Source: Octopus vulgaris (Eukaryota). Taken from it: a stretch of 64,000 nt of DNA. The notes beneath the pieces were generated by a model. The model was given only the letters and a program-made list of their open reading frames with translations. It made no database searches and was not told the DNA's origin. Of this stretch, positions 22,361 through 36,840 are shown in pieces. The DNA lies in assembly GCA_951406725.2 (NCBI GenBank), contig OX597833.1:19902001-19966000 (forward strand), read 5' to 3'. How positions within the stretch are numbered: position 1 is the first letter of the stretch; the number at the start of each line of letters is the position of its first letter. Made by a program: the position numbers and the translations under genes.

Positions 22361-25300
22361 TCAGCTTCTTTCAGTTTCTGTCGACCAATTCCATTCACAA
22401 GGTTTTGGTTGCCTCAGGACTATAACATAAGACACTTGTAGGTTCACCTGCAGCAGGAGTGAACCTGAAATCTAGTGGCTGGGAAGCAAACATCTTACCA
22501 CACAGCCATATCAGCAAGTACATGCTTGTAATTTGAGCAATTAAACTACATAGTCATATGGCTGGAAGGGGTAGGGTTTAGAATTTCATTATAACGACAA
22601 AAACAAACCATTTATTTGTTATCTCATGAATAACATAGTTTAGAAAATCCTAAAGTTGGCTGGTATATATCTTAGACTAGTAAATACTCCATATCACCAT
22701 ATCTTTTTTTTAATATACCACCTTGATGCTGTTATATCCTATAAAGTTTGCTGCCCAATCACATGGTCTTGAGTTCAGTCTCACTGTACAACACCTTAGG
22801 CAAGTGTTTCCTCTTGTAGTCTGGCCAACCAAAGCCTTGTGAGTGGATTTAGTAGATAGAAACTGAAAAAAGCTGGTAGTATATATATATACTTTCAGTT
22901 TCTGTCTACCAATTCCATTCACAAGGTTTTGGTTGCCTCAGGGCTATAACAGAAGACACTTGTAGGTTCACAGAGTCAGAGTTGGAGTTGAAGTTTTTTG
23001 TTTCAACTCCACAGCCCTGGTTTACATCCCTGTAACTTCGCAGTTCAGCAAAAGAAACTGATAGAATAAGTACTGGGCGTTAAAAAAAAATGTACTGCTG
23101 TTGATTCATCCAAAAACTCTTCAAGGCGGTGCCCCAGTATGGCCACAGTCTAATGACTGAAACAAGTAAAAGATAGAAGATATATGTGCCTTGATTTCTT
23201 ATGATCGTTGTAAGTGAATGTTATCATGTAAGAGGTGTCTGCTTTAAATCTGTGTAAAGACGTCCAATCAAAGGAAATATTACCTTGCTTGGAAACAGGT
23301 GAAGGTTGATGACAGGGAGAGCATCCAGCTGTAGAAAAATCTACAGAAATTAATAGTTACACAGAAATAATAAATAAAAATATGAAATGAAAAAAAAAGA
23401 CGAAAATTGTTTGTTAGTTTTTTTTTTTGCTGAAGATTTATTTTATTTTATTAAGAGTTTCTTTAACTTATTTATAACATATTTTTTTTTTTTGAAATTT
23501 TTTTTTCCAGATATGAATATGAAGGAGGGAGAAAATTAATATGGGAATGAACACCCTTCTGATATCTTTATATATGCGTTTGTGTGTATGTGTGCATATG
23601 TGTGTATATAAACGCACCAACATACACTTGCAGGGCCATACTGGGTGTAGCAATATTTGTTGTATAGTGGCTAGTTCGATGAGAGCCAGCTCATTGGATG
23701 ACAGAGAATCTGGGAGAAGGGGAGACGTAAAGGAGAGAGACAGAGAGAGAGAGAGAGAATGACAAGTGGAAGAAGTGAATGGAGACATAGCTAAGTTATT
23801 TCTGATTTAATTCAGTTGTTTGATTAATCACAGATTCCTTTAATTAAAACATGTTGGTGCGTGTGATATAGTAAAGAGTGGTAGTGAGAAAGAGAGAGAA
23901 CACGTCTTCGTGTTTGGAGATACGTGAATATGTTCATACACTCACGCAACTGCACTCAGATATATTGAAAAGCTTCGGACACACACACAGATGTACTTCT
24001 CATACACCCATTCTAATATCCCCACATGCACATAAACTGTAGGCATTCAATGTATTTTCACGTATGATACACACACGTATTCATACATACAATAAATACA
24101 GATATTCAGATGTACTTCCTATAAACTCATTCATACATCACACATAAATGGCGAAAAAAAAAATTATCACCTATTTAAAATAACTGTAGAGCTACAGCTA
24201 TCTGATGTCAAACACCATCAAAGAGAGAAGCTATCCCTTGCTCTAACAAAAGTTCTTAGATTTCAGTCTAGAGAATTTTTAGTGTTACAAATCAAGAATA
24301 TAACACTTGATAAAAAGGACACTTAGCTATGCTGATTTACTTTGATCTAAACTAGAAAAGCTAAATGTTAGGAACAATATCAGTGAGTAGAACATTATTC
24401 CTATAGTCTACTTCACTGGCTCAACAAATCAACAAAACTTATTACATCTCATTATTACAATGAAATGCAGGATTTTAATTGGCAGCACAAATGGCTGGCA
24501 TTTTCTGTAAAGCATTTAGTTTGATACTCTATTGCCTTAGCCACCTTCGTTGCTCTGCTCTCTAATCTGGTCAATAATAGCAATAAGAACTATAAATTAA
24601 TGCCTACATTTATATGTGTACACACACACGTACAATGCATGTGTATATGTGCCTGTACAGATATAATGCCTTCTTCCATTTTCTTATGCTTACAAGTTAA
24701 AAATATGTAAAATTTACAGTAATTACACTTACATTTGTAGTTATGCTAAAATCTGGATTCTGAGGAACTAAGAAATTTCTTTGAATCTGTAGCTATGTTC
24801 TAATGAAAGAAAAAAAAAAACCCAAAAGATATCATCTCCATTTTAAATGCTCCAGAATAAAACACATCTATGTTATTATCTCTGATAAAATGAGGATGAT
24901 CATGCACTTTATAACCTTCTCAGAATTTCACAATGACATTTCTCAATAACAAACCAAAATTCCAGAATATAAGCATGCATGCATACACACATACGTATTG
25001 AAGGAATGAGGAAACAAGAGAAATATCAAGACAGGCCAATGGAAATTTATATAAATGACAGATGAAGAAATATATCTTTGTAGTAGAGTATCAATGGTAA
25101 GAACTATATTAAAATAAAATAATAAATGCCTGTAAAGCCACCTCAGGTATAATTAGGTTCTGTGTAGACAATGAGAGAGAAATCTCCTGATTAGGAATGC
25201 TAGACTATTGTAAATGATATATGATATTCCTCAATGATGTGACAATTCCAACAGTTAGATGAATGTGGAATGCTAATGGTGGGAGGATTTGAACTCAAAA

Positions 25301-26599
25301 TTCATAATCTGGTGACTGACTGAAAATCAGTTTGATTTCGTGTCTGAAAATAAACTGCATTGCTATACTTGGACTAAATACTTCCCCAAACGAATTATAT
25401 TACGTTAGTTAAGAGATACTGTTGCAGTCAAACACTGGCTGCTAATAAGGAGTCAACACTAGGTTGAAATTAGTATAAATTAGTTGAAACAAAATGGACA
25501 AAAGCTAAATATTTTAGAAGATAAAGAACAGCTTCAGTAGTTGCTTGTAGAACAATAAATACTAAAGCTGGATAATGTTTGTGCATCAAAGAGAAACTTT
25601 GCAATCACTTTGAAACCAAACTAGATAAGTTCAAGAAAATAGTATAGATATCTGATGACTAAAGATTAAAGAGATGAAAGGGGTATATTTGCAGACAATG
25701 ATCAGTATTAAGGCAAAGAGTTATATTAGAGTGAGCTAAAGGCACATTACACAGCAAGAAGCTTCTGAGGGAATTCAGGAGTTTTTTTTTAACAGAAAAA
25801 AAAAATTGAAATAAAATAAAATAAATAAATAAAATATATGGCATTAAGAAGAGAAATGAACAAAAGCAAAATAAAACTAAAATTAACATATCATGGCCAG
25901 ACTACTGCTACACATATGTACCCCATCTGATCGAATACCAGATGATAAAGTGTATGGTACAATTTTTCAAACAGACTTGAATGTGGTATCTCCCCTTGTG
26001 CAGTGAAGATAACACATTAGCTTGGAAATATAAGAGATGCCCCCAAACAGTTGGTCATGTACAATGCCTGTTGAGCTGTGCACAGCTGACTGGGACTAAT
26101 TAACTAAACCAAGAACAACAACTACCGCCAATACACCCAGGTAAACAAAGTGAATTACGAAGGTTTTGTGTTTGTGTGTGTGTCTATACACTCTTACGTA
26201 TATATGTATACATATATACTCATACACACATCCACAGATTAGATAGATAGATAGAGAGAGAATTTTGTAGTGTTGATTAGAACAATGAGTTCTTCAGCTG
26301 CAAACTGTCAAAGTGGATGTACTGAGTTACTGAGATACACAATCAAGCTGGCAATTGGAGATTTCAGTATCAAGCAGATGGAAACAGAAGTGGATCAGAA
26401 TGAAATATTGGCCCACATGAATGTATTAACAAGAACAATGATAATATAGAGACGCTGCTTTCCAAACACTGATGGTTCAGAACCTCTTATAGTCTGCACT
26501 AATTTATGAGCAGAAACTTCAAATTCCTGTGGCTGCCAAAATAAGTACCTTGCATAGTATAATATCAATAAACTTGCATCATTTATACTAATGTAGAGG

Positions 26600-28750
26600 T
26601 ACCTGTATTTCATTTAATTATTTAAGTGATCTGCTAGATGACTCTGATATCTCCAGATAACAATACCAGAAATGAAATCTATTAGCTTGGCAAAATACAA
26701 AGAGGCACTCTTCCCTGCAGGATGTTTGTGCATATGGAGCTGGTGCTGAATCAGATCATAATTTGGTCATTAGTAAAGTCCAGAAGCTAAAGAGAAACAA
26801 AAGGGTTAAACCACCAAGAACATAAGTGAGAACTTAAAAAGGAGTTAGCCAAAGCAGAGAAATTTCAAGTGAAGATAAGAAATTCCAAGTGTTACAAGAC
26901 GAAGTCACTGTTGGTAAACAATAGAAGCTGTTTACCCAGACTGTCAATGCTAGTGCACAAGAATTTATTGGTTAGCACAAAGAGAAGTATCAAGAGAGAA
27001 CAGAATCATGAAATCTGACGAGAAGAAAGATGCAAAAGTCAAGAGAGACTGAACCAGAATCTTAGGAAAGGGTGAAATATAGTTGTAGCAAAAGATCAGA
27101 GATGGTTGGAAGGCAAAATCCACTGAAGCACAGAGCAACAGACATGCATGATGTAAGAACACTGTATAAGAGAGTCAAAAAGCTTAACTGGCAGAAGTAG
27201 GAGCAGTGTGTCAATACAATACAAAGAGGGCTGCGTACTACTGATCAGTGCAGCCTAAACCCCAAAATGGATTGAATGCTTAAAAGACATCTCAATTGAC
27301 CAGCACCACTCAGTCTTTTGGACTTTGAACAATGATCAAACACCAAATGAATAACAAGGCAGCTAGAGCAGATCATCCTAACAATTTCTATATGCTGAAA
27401 CATGGCCAGGATATTACTGCACAGTTAACCTGTCAATCTTTTCAGTCTGATCTGATATGACCTGCGTTACAAGTACCAGGTGATAGGAGGGGGTCATTGT
27501 AACTCTCTCCCACAAAGAAACAACATTTCAATGATTGCACCAGTTAAAGAGAGGCATCATATTGTTGTTTGTCCCAGGTGTTTTGTGCTGTGATTCTGAA
27601 AGTTAGACCACAGTCTCCATAAACAGCAGGTTCAGCTCTCGTAGCACCAAATTATGTATAGAACAAATATCCACCTTGTATGTTATTACTGAATAGCACA
27701 ATGTATTCTGAACAACATCAATTACATTTGAGTACAAGAAGGCCTTTGACAGTGTTCACCACAAGTCACTGTGATAAAGATTATATATCTTTATGATATA
27801 CCAGAGAACTTATGAACATCTTCAAATCAATAACATTCCTGCTGTATCAGTATACACATTGAGAATACAGAATCGTTTAATATTGTGACGGTTGTTCACC
27901 AGGGATGTACCGTTTGATATTGTAACAGTTGTTTACTAGGGCTGTATTGTTTGCTGTTTCCCTCATTCTTTCTTGTGTTGTTGACTTCATAAGGAAGACG
28001 AGTGTGTGCAATTCAGAGTGTGCCGTAACAATGGAGAGGAAAGAGACCGGGGGAGATTTTGGATTTTGCTGATGATGTCTTACTGCTAAACCTTCAAGAA
28101 ACAACTCTGCAGAAAATAACATCTGCCTTAAATACAAATGCAGATGGATTTCATATCGGCTGAGAGAAAACCACCATTATATCCATCAGTTTAACCACCA
28201 TATCCTCTCATCAAGACTGGAAATAAGTACCTGAAGAGGGTATGACAAAATTCCCAGATCTTGGAAGAGACTTGCAAAAGCTGCAGTAATCTTTTGAGTT
28301 GATGGGTCCCGTAAGGTCCAAAACCTCTGTCAGCACAGAAGTGGAATTATGCCTTGACATGTTCATTGTAGTACCAACAGCTATTTTTGCCAACGACACA
28401 TGGAACAGTTAGCTAGCATACACAACAGTCTTTCATACACCCTGTCTGTGGTTAATATTGAAAATTTCCAGGAGAAATAAGATACAGAAATAGTTGGGAT
28501 GGAAAATTTACAAGGTATTGTGAAAAGGCGGTGTAGGCAATTTAGTGGACCATGTCCTTGGTTTGAAAGAGGAAAGGCTATCTCATGAAGAAATGGGTAT
28601 CAGAAAGGAGGAGGTAAAAAAAAAAAGAAGAAAAAGGAAAATCAGGCCACACTGAGAGAACTGTTGTGGAGGATCTGCAGCACATGAGGGGTCAGGATAG
28701 AAGAATAAAGAAAGAGGAGTATGTGGCTCATAGAAATAGAAGAAACTCAT
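26600..28750 (+). mobile_element. Old, heavily decayed RTE-type LINE
   Basis: Collinear remnants of SDHNLV (~26750), RGI.LL (~27550), KAFDSVH (~27740) and LDFADDV (~28060). Confidence 0.7.
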
Positions 28751-29891
28751 GCTTGAAGTTCCAATAGAGATGGGCGGACTTCACACTGACGTGTGTGTGT
28801 GTGTATGCATATGCATATATATACATATATATATATATACATATACACATGCACACACAAACTCACAAACATATACATATATGATGATGGTACAAGTGTG
28901 TATGTACATGCATATAAATACATATGTATATAAAAATATAATGTACATACACACATGCCATACACATATATATATATATATAATTTCCCTGTAATGCCCT
29001 TTAAAACGTAAGAACTCTTTAACTTTTTTTTTCTCTCTCCAGCTAAAATATTTGGTTTTTCTCCAACAATCTCAGATTACTCTAATGGAATGGAAATAAG
29101 TGTTAGTTTAGCTTTAAAAAAACCTCATTCTAAAGAATATATTTCATTTTTTTTTTTACAGTCATCAAATAATTTCTTCACTCTATCTGATGATGACGAT
29201 GATCATGATAACGACGTTGATGATGACAAAGTGGGTAGAAGGGAGGGGAGAGGGAGATCATTAGACAGACTTATGTACACACTGTATTCCCCCAAATTAA
29301 GGGTCTCATGCACATGTACACACTCACACAGCCAAATCTACATTAATCATACTTAGGCGAGTAGCCTTCCAATTTTTTATTGTTTCTAGTAAAATGGCTT
29401 CAAACACACTTCTTGCACACACATACACAAACATATATTTTCATATATGTCTGTACATAAAACGTGGAATGATGATGGTGGAGGTGGTGGTGGTGGGGAA
29501 GGGGGGGAAATATAAAGGAAGGAAAGAGAGATGTAAATAATTAAAGATATTGTGTGGGTAAATTTAGTCTTTTTTTTTTGTTTGATCAATTTGTCCTCGG
29601 TTGTTTATATTTAAAAAAAAACATAAAAAAAATACACATATATTATTATAAATAAAAACCTTTCCTTCTCTCTGTCAAGAGATGAAATTATCGTGGAAAA
29701 AAAAAAGGTTATCAACAGACCCCAGTATTATGTAAGTAGTGTTAGTAACCTGTGCACACAGAGGAGCCTAGTCATCACGTATTAATTAATGATGGCATGT
29801 GTTCTGTGATAGCAGGAGTAATTAAACATTATAATACAGATTGGCAGGTTTCTGGATAGGCCAGTAGCAAGGCTGCTACTTGCTTGCTCCT

Positions 29892-30017
29892 TCAAGAGTT
29901 CCTAGTTTCTAAGCAGTCACCCAAAGTGAGTCTGTAGTTGGCTATGGCGGTGATGCCGTGATAATGTACAAATGCAGCCGCGACAACGAACACATGGAAA
30001 ATCTGGTGACTTTGAAA
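29892..30017 (-). CDS. ADIPOR: Adiponectin receptor (PAQR family), last coding exon: FQSHQIFHVFVVAAAFVHYHG...RNS*
   Basis: Acceptor ttttcag, phase 0, Zn-binding HxxxH motif, TGA at 29892-29894. Confidence 0.95.
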   Translation of the reverse strand, partial: FQSHQIFHVFVVAAAFVHYHGITAIANYRLTLGDCLETRNS

Positions 30018-30103
30018 CTGAAAATAAAAGAAAAACAAAATTAATGTCAAAAATTTTTATCAACAAAACAAACTGTGGTATTTTTTCAAATGATTTTTTC
30101 AAA

Positions 30104-30480
30104 TTACTCTTTTACTTGTTTCAGTCATTTGACTGCGGCTATGCTGGAGCACCGCCTTTAGTCGAGCAAATCGACCCCGGGACTTATTCTTTGTAAGCCC
30201 AGTACTTATTCTATCGGTCTCTTTTGCCGAACCGCTAAGTGACGGGGACGTAAACACACCAGCATCAGTTGTCAAGCAATACTAGGGAGACAAACACAGA
30301 CACACAAACACATATACGACAGGCTTCTTTCAGTTTTCATCTACCAAATCCACTCACAAGGCATTGGTCGGCCTGGGGCTATAGTAGAAGACACTTGCCC
30401 AAGATTCCACGCAGTGGAACTGAATCCGGAAACATGTGGTTGGTTAGCAAGCTACTTACCACACAGCCACTCCTGCGCCT
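30104..30480 (-). mobile_element. SINE family A, intronic
   Basis: Full match to the family, about 87 nt from the last-exon acceptor. Confidence 0.88.
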
Positions 30481-31709
30481 ATATTGATTTTTTTCATCCT
30501 TTTTTTTCTTGCAGCAGCATCAATACAATAAGTGATGGTAATTTCTTTATGACTGAAGACCATAAGAGCAGCATGCCTTCAAGTGGCTCTGTAAACCAAT
30601 CCTCGATGTTGCAGGGCTTTTCTTCCTGCCTGCACTTTTAAAGTGAAACTCAGTCCACTCAATCTAATCTTACGTTTTAGACTTGGAGGTCTGACCACAG
30701 TGGAGCAGTGGACTAAGATGGCTGTGGTGACCAGAAAGCTGTAAGTTTTATATTGGAGTGACCATCACCTAGCTGAATTGCCTTACAAAGATAGAGAGCT
30801 CCACCTACCATGGAGTTGTCAGAAAAGTGTCAAAGAGGACATTGGGCCACTTGAGGTCCTCCACTCCTTGATCTGCCATCAAGGCTGACTCCCTTAGCCT
30901 TTTCTTTTCCCTAGGCACTCACAAAGCAGTGCAGGTGATTAACTCATACCTGGGACCCTGATAAGATGTACTACTCCAGATCGGAGCTGAGCCGGAAACA
31001 GTAGTGGCTAAGAGATGGTTCTACATACTTCAAAATCTTGGAACTCCTGAATCAGGACCGCAATAGCTAATACAGCTTAGAGTCATACTTAGGTCATACA
31101 ATAAGTAACAGCCAAGTAGACCAATCCAAGTACTTGACAGGTGCCTATTTTTTTGAAAACTAAAAAGAAAAGATGAAAGACAAATCAGTCAGGGTGGGAT
31201 TCGTCATTCATCCTTCAAGAGTTGAACTGATAAATTAAGAAAGAACTACAAGTTAATTACTGAACTAAAAGCAAACATTGGATGTTGCCATCTGCCCACA
31301 ATTTGTGGTCTTGTGCCTGTGTTAAAAACTGAGTTATTTTGTATATTGGGAAGGTCATTATGCCAATAATAAACACATGAATTCCCATCAAGAATCTTGC
31401 AAACCAAATACAAAGAAAAAAAAAACAAACATTATTGTAGTTTTGTTTAATCCCAGGTGAATTCTCATCAAGTAGACTTATCAAAGATATTTCAGTTGCA
31501 AACACTTGGTCTTTTTTCAATAAATAGCATATGTAGAATTACATTAGATAATCTGTCCTTCTCTAAAGATGATAGGGTGTGATCTTGCAAGATATTTAGC
31601 TGCTATTTCTAGCAGGCCGAGGAACTACATATTATCAAATGGTCTTCTGCCTGTGTTATAAATTACTATTTTTAAAGAAAGGTGGATTAGCAGAATTGGT
31701 AAAACTAGC

Positions 31710-31917
31710 TTAACCCTTTAGTATTCAGATGTCTTTGTCAAATGTATTGCTTATTTATTCACAACGGTTTTAATTAATCAGATGTTATTTTATAGCTTCA
31801 AGATATCAATGGCCTTTTTTGTATATTTTTGGAATGACATTGTAGGGTAAGTTTGAGAGGTTGGATCTGGTAGAATATTTGGGTCTGCTATGTCCAGATT
31901 AAATGCTAAAGAGTTAA
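31710..31917. mobile_element. piggyBac-type MITE
   Basis: TTAACCCTTTAG ... CTAAAGAGTTAA. Confidence 0.7.
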
Positions 31918-31962
31918 AAAGAAATTAGAAATAGCATTTGAGAATATCTCCTGGCTACTTAC

Positions 31963-32156
31963 CCAAATATCGAATTTTCCTGGAAACAGTCTTTCTGGAA
32001 TACGAACTGCATAGATGATAGCTCCGGATATGTAGAGAAGTGCCATAAGGGCTAGCCAGCCGAGAGATGCACAATTAATGGCATGATAGAACCCATCAGT
32101 GATAACATAATGCATGGCAGGGATAATACCACTTAAACCCAAACCTATAAAAACAC
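31963..32156 (-). CDS. ADIPOR: AdipoR coding exon 5 (GVFIGLGLSG...RIPERLFPGKFDIW)
   Basis: cttaccag acceptor, TGG|gtaagt donor, 194 nt, phase 1 to 0. Confidence 0.96.
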
Positions 32157-32557
32157 CTGGTAAGAAAAAAAAGGGAGAGAAAGGAGTGAGAAAAATAAAC
32201 AAACAATACTAAAAGAAAAACTTTAAATACTTCAGTAAGTCTTTAGATTTACAAACAAAAAAATGTAGAGGTTACAATATGGAGAGCATAAGGAAGTATT
32301 TCAAGGGAGACAAAGAGACGTTATAATGGAGATGAGACAAAGGCACAAGGGAGATAATGTGAACAAATTCAATGCATGTGGTGGAAATCCCGATATTTCT
32401 AATGAATTTAAGAACTCAACTGGATCTATAGAAATGCATGTTCCTAATCTAATTTCTATTTTGATAAGTCATTGCCTATTAATAGCATCAACATCCCCAT
32501 TTTTAGCAGCTAAAATTATTCTTTCTGATATCCATTTCGTATATATAATATATAATG

Positions 32558-32950
32558 AAATTATTGTATACAGTGCTCAGGTGCACCACAACTTGTCAGA
32601 AAGTGCGTATAAAGTGTATGCAGTAATGTACAAATGTCTGGAAAGCGAACAATGTATGAGTCAGATACATGCTTGCGTGTGTATGGAGGGGAGAAAATCA
32701 GGTGTAGTGTTGGCGAATCTCAGAAAGCATGGAAGTTTTGAAGGGTGCAGTGCTCCGACAACTAACAACTGATGACGGCAGTTTGTTCCACGCTTCAGCA
32801 ACTCTTAGCGTGGAAAAATGTTTCCGAAAGTCATGGGCGCTGTGCTGTTTTCTGACTTTGTAAATATGCCCATGGGTGTTAGACAGGTGGAGTTTGAAAA
32901 GTTGCTCAGAGTTATTGTTTGTAAGATGGTTGATAATTTTATGGGTGTCT
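32558..32950 (-). mobile_element. CR1-type LINE 3' fragment
   Basis: ORF 32698-33027 contains HGHIYKV...RKHFSTLRVAEAWNKLP, a typical CR1 C-terminus. Confidence 0.8.
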
Positions 32951-33869
32951 GCAATGTCCTCAAAAATTAATGTTTCCAAATCAATTTCATTTTCAACTCT
33001 ATTTCCACTGGAAATAAATAATATCATGTGATTGCCATCACTTAGGATCCTATTTTCTCCTACTTCTAACAGTGAATTTGCATAGGAGTGTCATCACTAA
33101 AGCAAGGTCTATTGAATATTATTCAATTCTCAGAAAATATATATTGGCTTCAAATTTTAGCACAAGGCCAATAATTTCGAGGGATGGGTCAAGTTGATTA
33201 CCTTGACCCCCAAGTGCTCAACTGGTACTTATGTTATTGACCTCGAAAGGATAAAAAAGCAAAGTCGACCCTGGTGAGATTTGAATTTAGAACATAAAGA
33301 CAGACAAAATGCCTAGTCCAGTGTAATAACGATTTTGCCAGCTTGCCACCTTTCTCAAAAAAAATAAATAATAATATAACTGTTTTGTATGTGTGTGTGA
33401 GAGAGAGAACTTTGCATCTCAACCATGTGGTCTTGAGTTCACTCCCACTGCATGGCATCTTTGGCAAGTATCTTTTACTACAGCCCCAGGCCAACCAAAG
33501 CCTTGTGAATGGATTTGGTAGATAGAAATTGAAAGCCTACTATATATATATATATATATATATATAGATTAATCAGCCGAAATTGCGAGGATGATCCGGT
33601 TTGTGACTGAAGATTAGAGGCTTCGAATGACCTGTCCGTTTTTTGTATCGTCTATTTGAATGTTTTGCATTCTTGTTCCATTTTGTATTTTTATATATAT
33701 TTTTTATACATATATATATATTTGCATATGTTTGTGTGCACCATTCTCTTGATATCATGTGATAATTGTAAACACAGATGGACTTCCTGTGATATTGTGT
33801 GTGTGTCTCAATATAGTCCCGTCCTGTGCAGTACTGTGTCACACAGGAAGTTATGAGTTAAGAGATTAC

Positions 33870-35760
33870 AAGCAGTAGTTAAAAGATATCAGCAGAGAAG
33901 TAGGTCTGTTGACACCTCACAAGCAGCTGATACAGGATTTTACTTCAACTAGGTGTGACTTGAGGAAAAGACTGTGTCCATGGTTTTCATAAATGCCACT
34001 AACACTGATGCTACTAAAGTTCTACTTTCCTGAAGGAAAAGTTGGATGGATCAAGTGTAGCATTTTATGAAGACCCTTGGGAGCTAGACACAACATGGAT
34101 GATGAGAGGAAGAGAAACAAATTGATCAGGAGTGCTTGAGTGAATGTGGTACAAGGCCAGACAGCTCTGAAGATTATAGGCCATTATAGTTGCAGTATAA
34201 ATAACAGAGAGAGAAGAAGGCCTGTCTGTGAAGTAGAGGATAGAGCATGACTATAAGTATTTTATACTGAGTGGCCTTTCTCTGGATATAGTCTAGTATG
34301 TCGGTGTCTGTAGCAGCAGCACTGTCCTAGATTGTGGACATCGCCTGAGCTTTGTGGATTGTCACAAAGTTATTAGAGGCTGAAAAGCCAGTTTGGGATG
34401 AAATCCTAGGTATGATAAGGATAGGCTTTTGCCAAGAGAGATCCCCAATAATGAAACATCTGTGTGGTTTTTTTAGTAGCATGTGGCTGCTTTATGTAGA
34501 GTTTGGTAGGATGATATTTTGTTGAGATCATGTTGCATGGTTCCACTAGAGAATAATTTCAAGGATTGGCATGTGGTGTCTAGGTTGTGTGTGGATGATA
34601 AGTAGTTGAGGAAGGTTAGGGAAGAATAAAGAGTAGCATCTGCATAAGAGATAAACCAGCGCTAAAGTGAGAAGCTATAACAGTTGCAAAAGAGACCGGG
34701 TAATGCTATTACGGAAACAAGGCAGTATTATGGAAACAAGTGCAGACAACGTAGTATTACAATGAAGATGGGACAAAGTTACAAAAGGAGACAGGTTAGT
34801 GCAAGCAAATGGTTCTATTAAAGTAGGCTTTGTTAGATATGGCAAGTAGGTAATTGAGGTATAAAAGAAGTTAGGGAACAAACAAGTCCTGAAGAACACC
34901 AGAGTTTATAGAGTGTGGAACAGAAAGAGCTATGTCAACACACTGTGATAGTGCGATCTGACAGGAAGCTATGAATTTAAGAGAAGAAAGGTAAAGAGAG
35001 TTCATAGGCAGACAGTTTCATAAGAAATTTGTATGCAAGATTTAGATGAAGGTTTTACTTTCTCAAGGAGGGCAACAGCATAGCTTTCATCAAAAGGTGG
35101 ACGTTGAAAGCCCACTGGTAGTCATTAAAGAGAGTCAGAGAGAGATGTCTGAGAATATCATTGTTAATGGCTGTCTTCATTACCTTTGAGATGTTCCAAG
35201 GACAAATAGTGAAAATGAGTGAAACAGGATGATAATTAGCAGGACCTGAGGTGGTGTTTTTCTTGGGTATGAGACACATTTCAGTACATTTCCAAAGATC
35301 AGAGCCTGTCCCTGTAGAGAATTAAAGATTGAAGAGATTGGTGAGCATGGAAAGGATAACTGTCCAGACCAGTGGTCTTGTTGATTTCAAGAGACTGAAG
35401 GTACTTTAGTACTTGGCATCTGTGAACCTAGTGGAGAGGTATGGAACAGATTTGGAGGATATTTGCCAAGTAGGTGCCATGTAAAGTTGAATGTAAAGTA
35501 AGCAGCAAAGATAGAGGCTTTCTCTGTGTGTGTTGGTGGGGAGTATTACCTACATTACTGTTGGGAAAAGGAAGAAAAGAGAAGCCTGCAAATTTGGTGG
35601 AGATTCTTTTGGCAAGGAACAAAAGGACTGGTTGCAGTTTGGGAAATGGGGATAGTTTGAGGGCTGTGCAGCGCATGAAGGTAACTTTCGTGGATCAAAT
35701 CATGATCTTGCAGAAGTTGCATTACTGGATAAACATTACTCAGTTTGGGGAGGGTGCAAG
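33870..35760 (-). mobile_element. Decayed non-LTR retrotransposon (Jockey/CR1-like RT)
   Basis: IPKK...PANYHPVSL...ISKVM motif in ORF 35055-35279; boundaries uncertain. Confidence 0.6.
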
Positions 35761-35841
35761 TTTCTCCAGGCTTTGTAAACTGAATTATAAGAGAAAAAAC
35801 AAAAAATAATAATCAGAAATTTCACAAAACCAATGACTTAC

Positions 35842-36029
35842 CAGCTCTAATTCCTCGGTACTGAGGCTGGCTGAATTTATCCCATAATGATACAACAATA
35901 CAAGATATCCCAAGGACAAATATAAGTATGAGGTAAGCAATTTTAGGCTCTAAACGGCAATAAAAACTATAATAAAGCCAAGGTACGAATGACCCCATAG
36001 TGAGGAGAGCAATTCCACAATAGTCCAAT
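35842..36029 (-). CDS. ADIPOR: AdipoR coding exon 4 (LDYCGIALLTMGSFVPWLYYSFYC...YRGIRA)
   Basis: ttttcag acceptor, G|gtaagt donor, 188 nt, phase 2 to 1. Confidence 0.96.
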
Positions 36030-36526
36030 CTGAAAATAGAAATAATCATCATTATAAATTGTTTCAAAAGCCAGAAATTTTGAGGGGAAGGGAAGTTGAT
36101 TACATCAACACTTGTGTTTAAATGATATTTGAATAACAACAAATAAGAATTAGTGATACCCAAATTCAGGAAATCAGAAACTATAGCTGCAGTAATATGC
36201 ATCCCAACTGATATCACGTATACAGAGAATGTTTTATATAATATTACACATCAATGAAAATCATAATCAAGTATTTTGATGTTTCTGATAAATTGAAGTA
36301 ACAACATGGGTTTTATTTTAGACCATTTCACTTATGTTGCTTCCTATTAATACTTTTGAAAAAGCATGAATTTTGCACAAACTCATTTATCCTCTATAAA
36401 ATTGGAGCTTGGCAGTAATTTAAAAAAAAAAACAAAATAAAAACATTATAACTGATTTAAGATGAAAAACTGAGACAGTTGCTTCATCAAAGTTTTTTTT
36501 TTTATCTACATATGTATATTATAGTT

Positions 36527-36840
36527 CATCATCGTCTTACATCTGTTTTCCATGCTAGCATGGGTTGGACAGTTTGACCGGGGTCTGGGAAGCTAGGAGG
36601 CCGCACCAGGCTTCAGTCTGATCTGGCAGTGTTTCTATAGCTGGATGCCCTTCCTAATGCCAACCACTCCGTGAATGTAGTGGGTGATTTTTACGTGCAA
36701 CCAGCACAGGTGCCAAGGGAGGCTGGCAACGGCCACGATCGGTTTGTGCATTTTACGTGCCACTGGCACGGAAGCCAGTCAAGGTGGCACGGGCATCGGC
36801 CACATTTGGATGGTGCTTTTTATGTGCCACCGGTACAGGT
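36527..36840 (-). mobile_element. RTE 3'UTR fragment
   Basis: Matches 2553-2940. Confidence 0.8.

Noticed and set aside
33567-33635. Hammerhead in a TA-flanked fragment (GCCGAAATTGCG; CTGAAGA)
   Set aside because: Core elements are not in a foldable order and there is no UH site; at most a truncated remnant.
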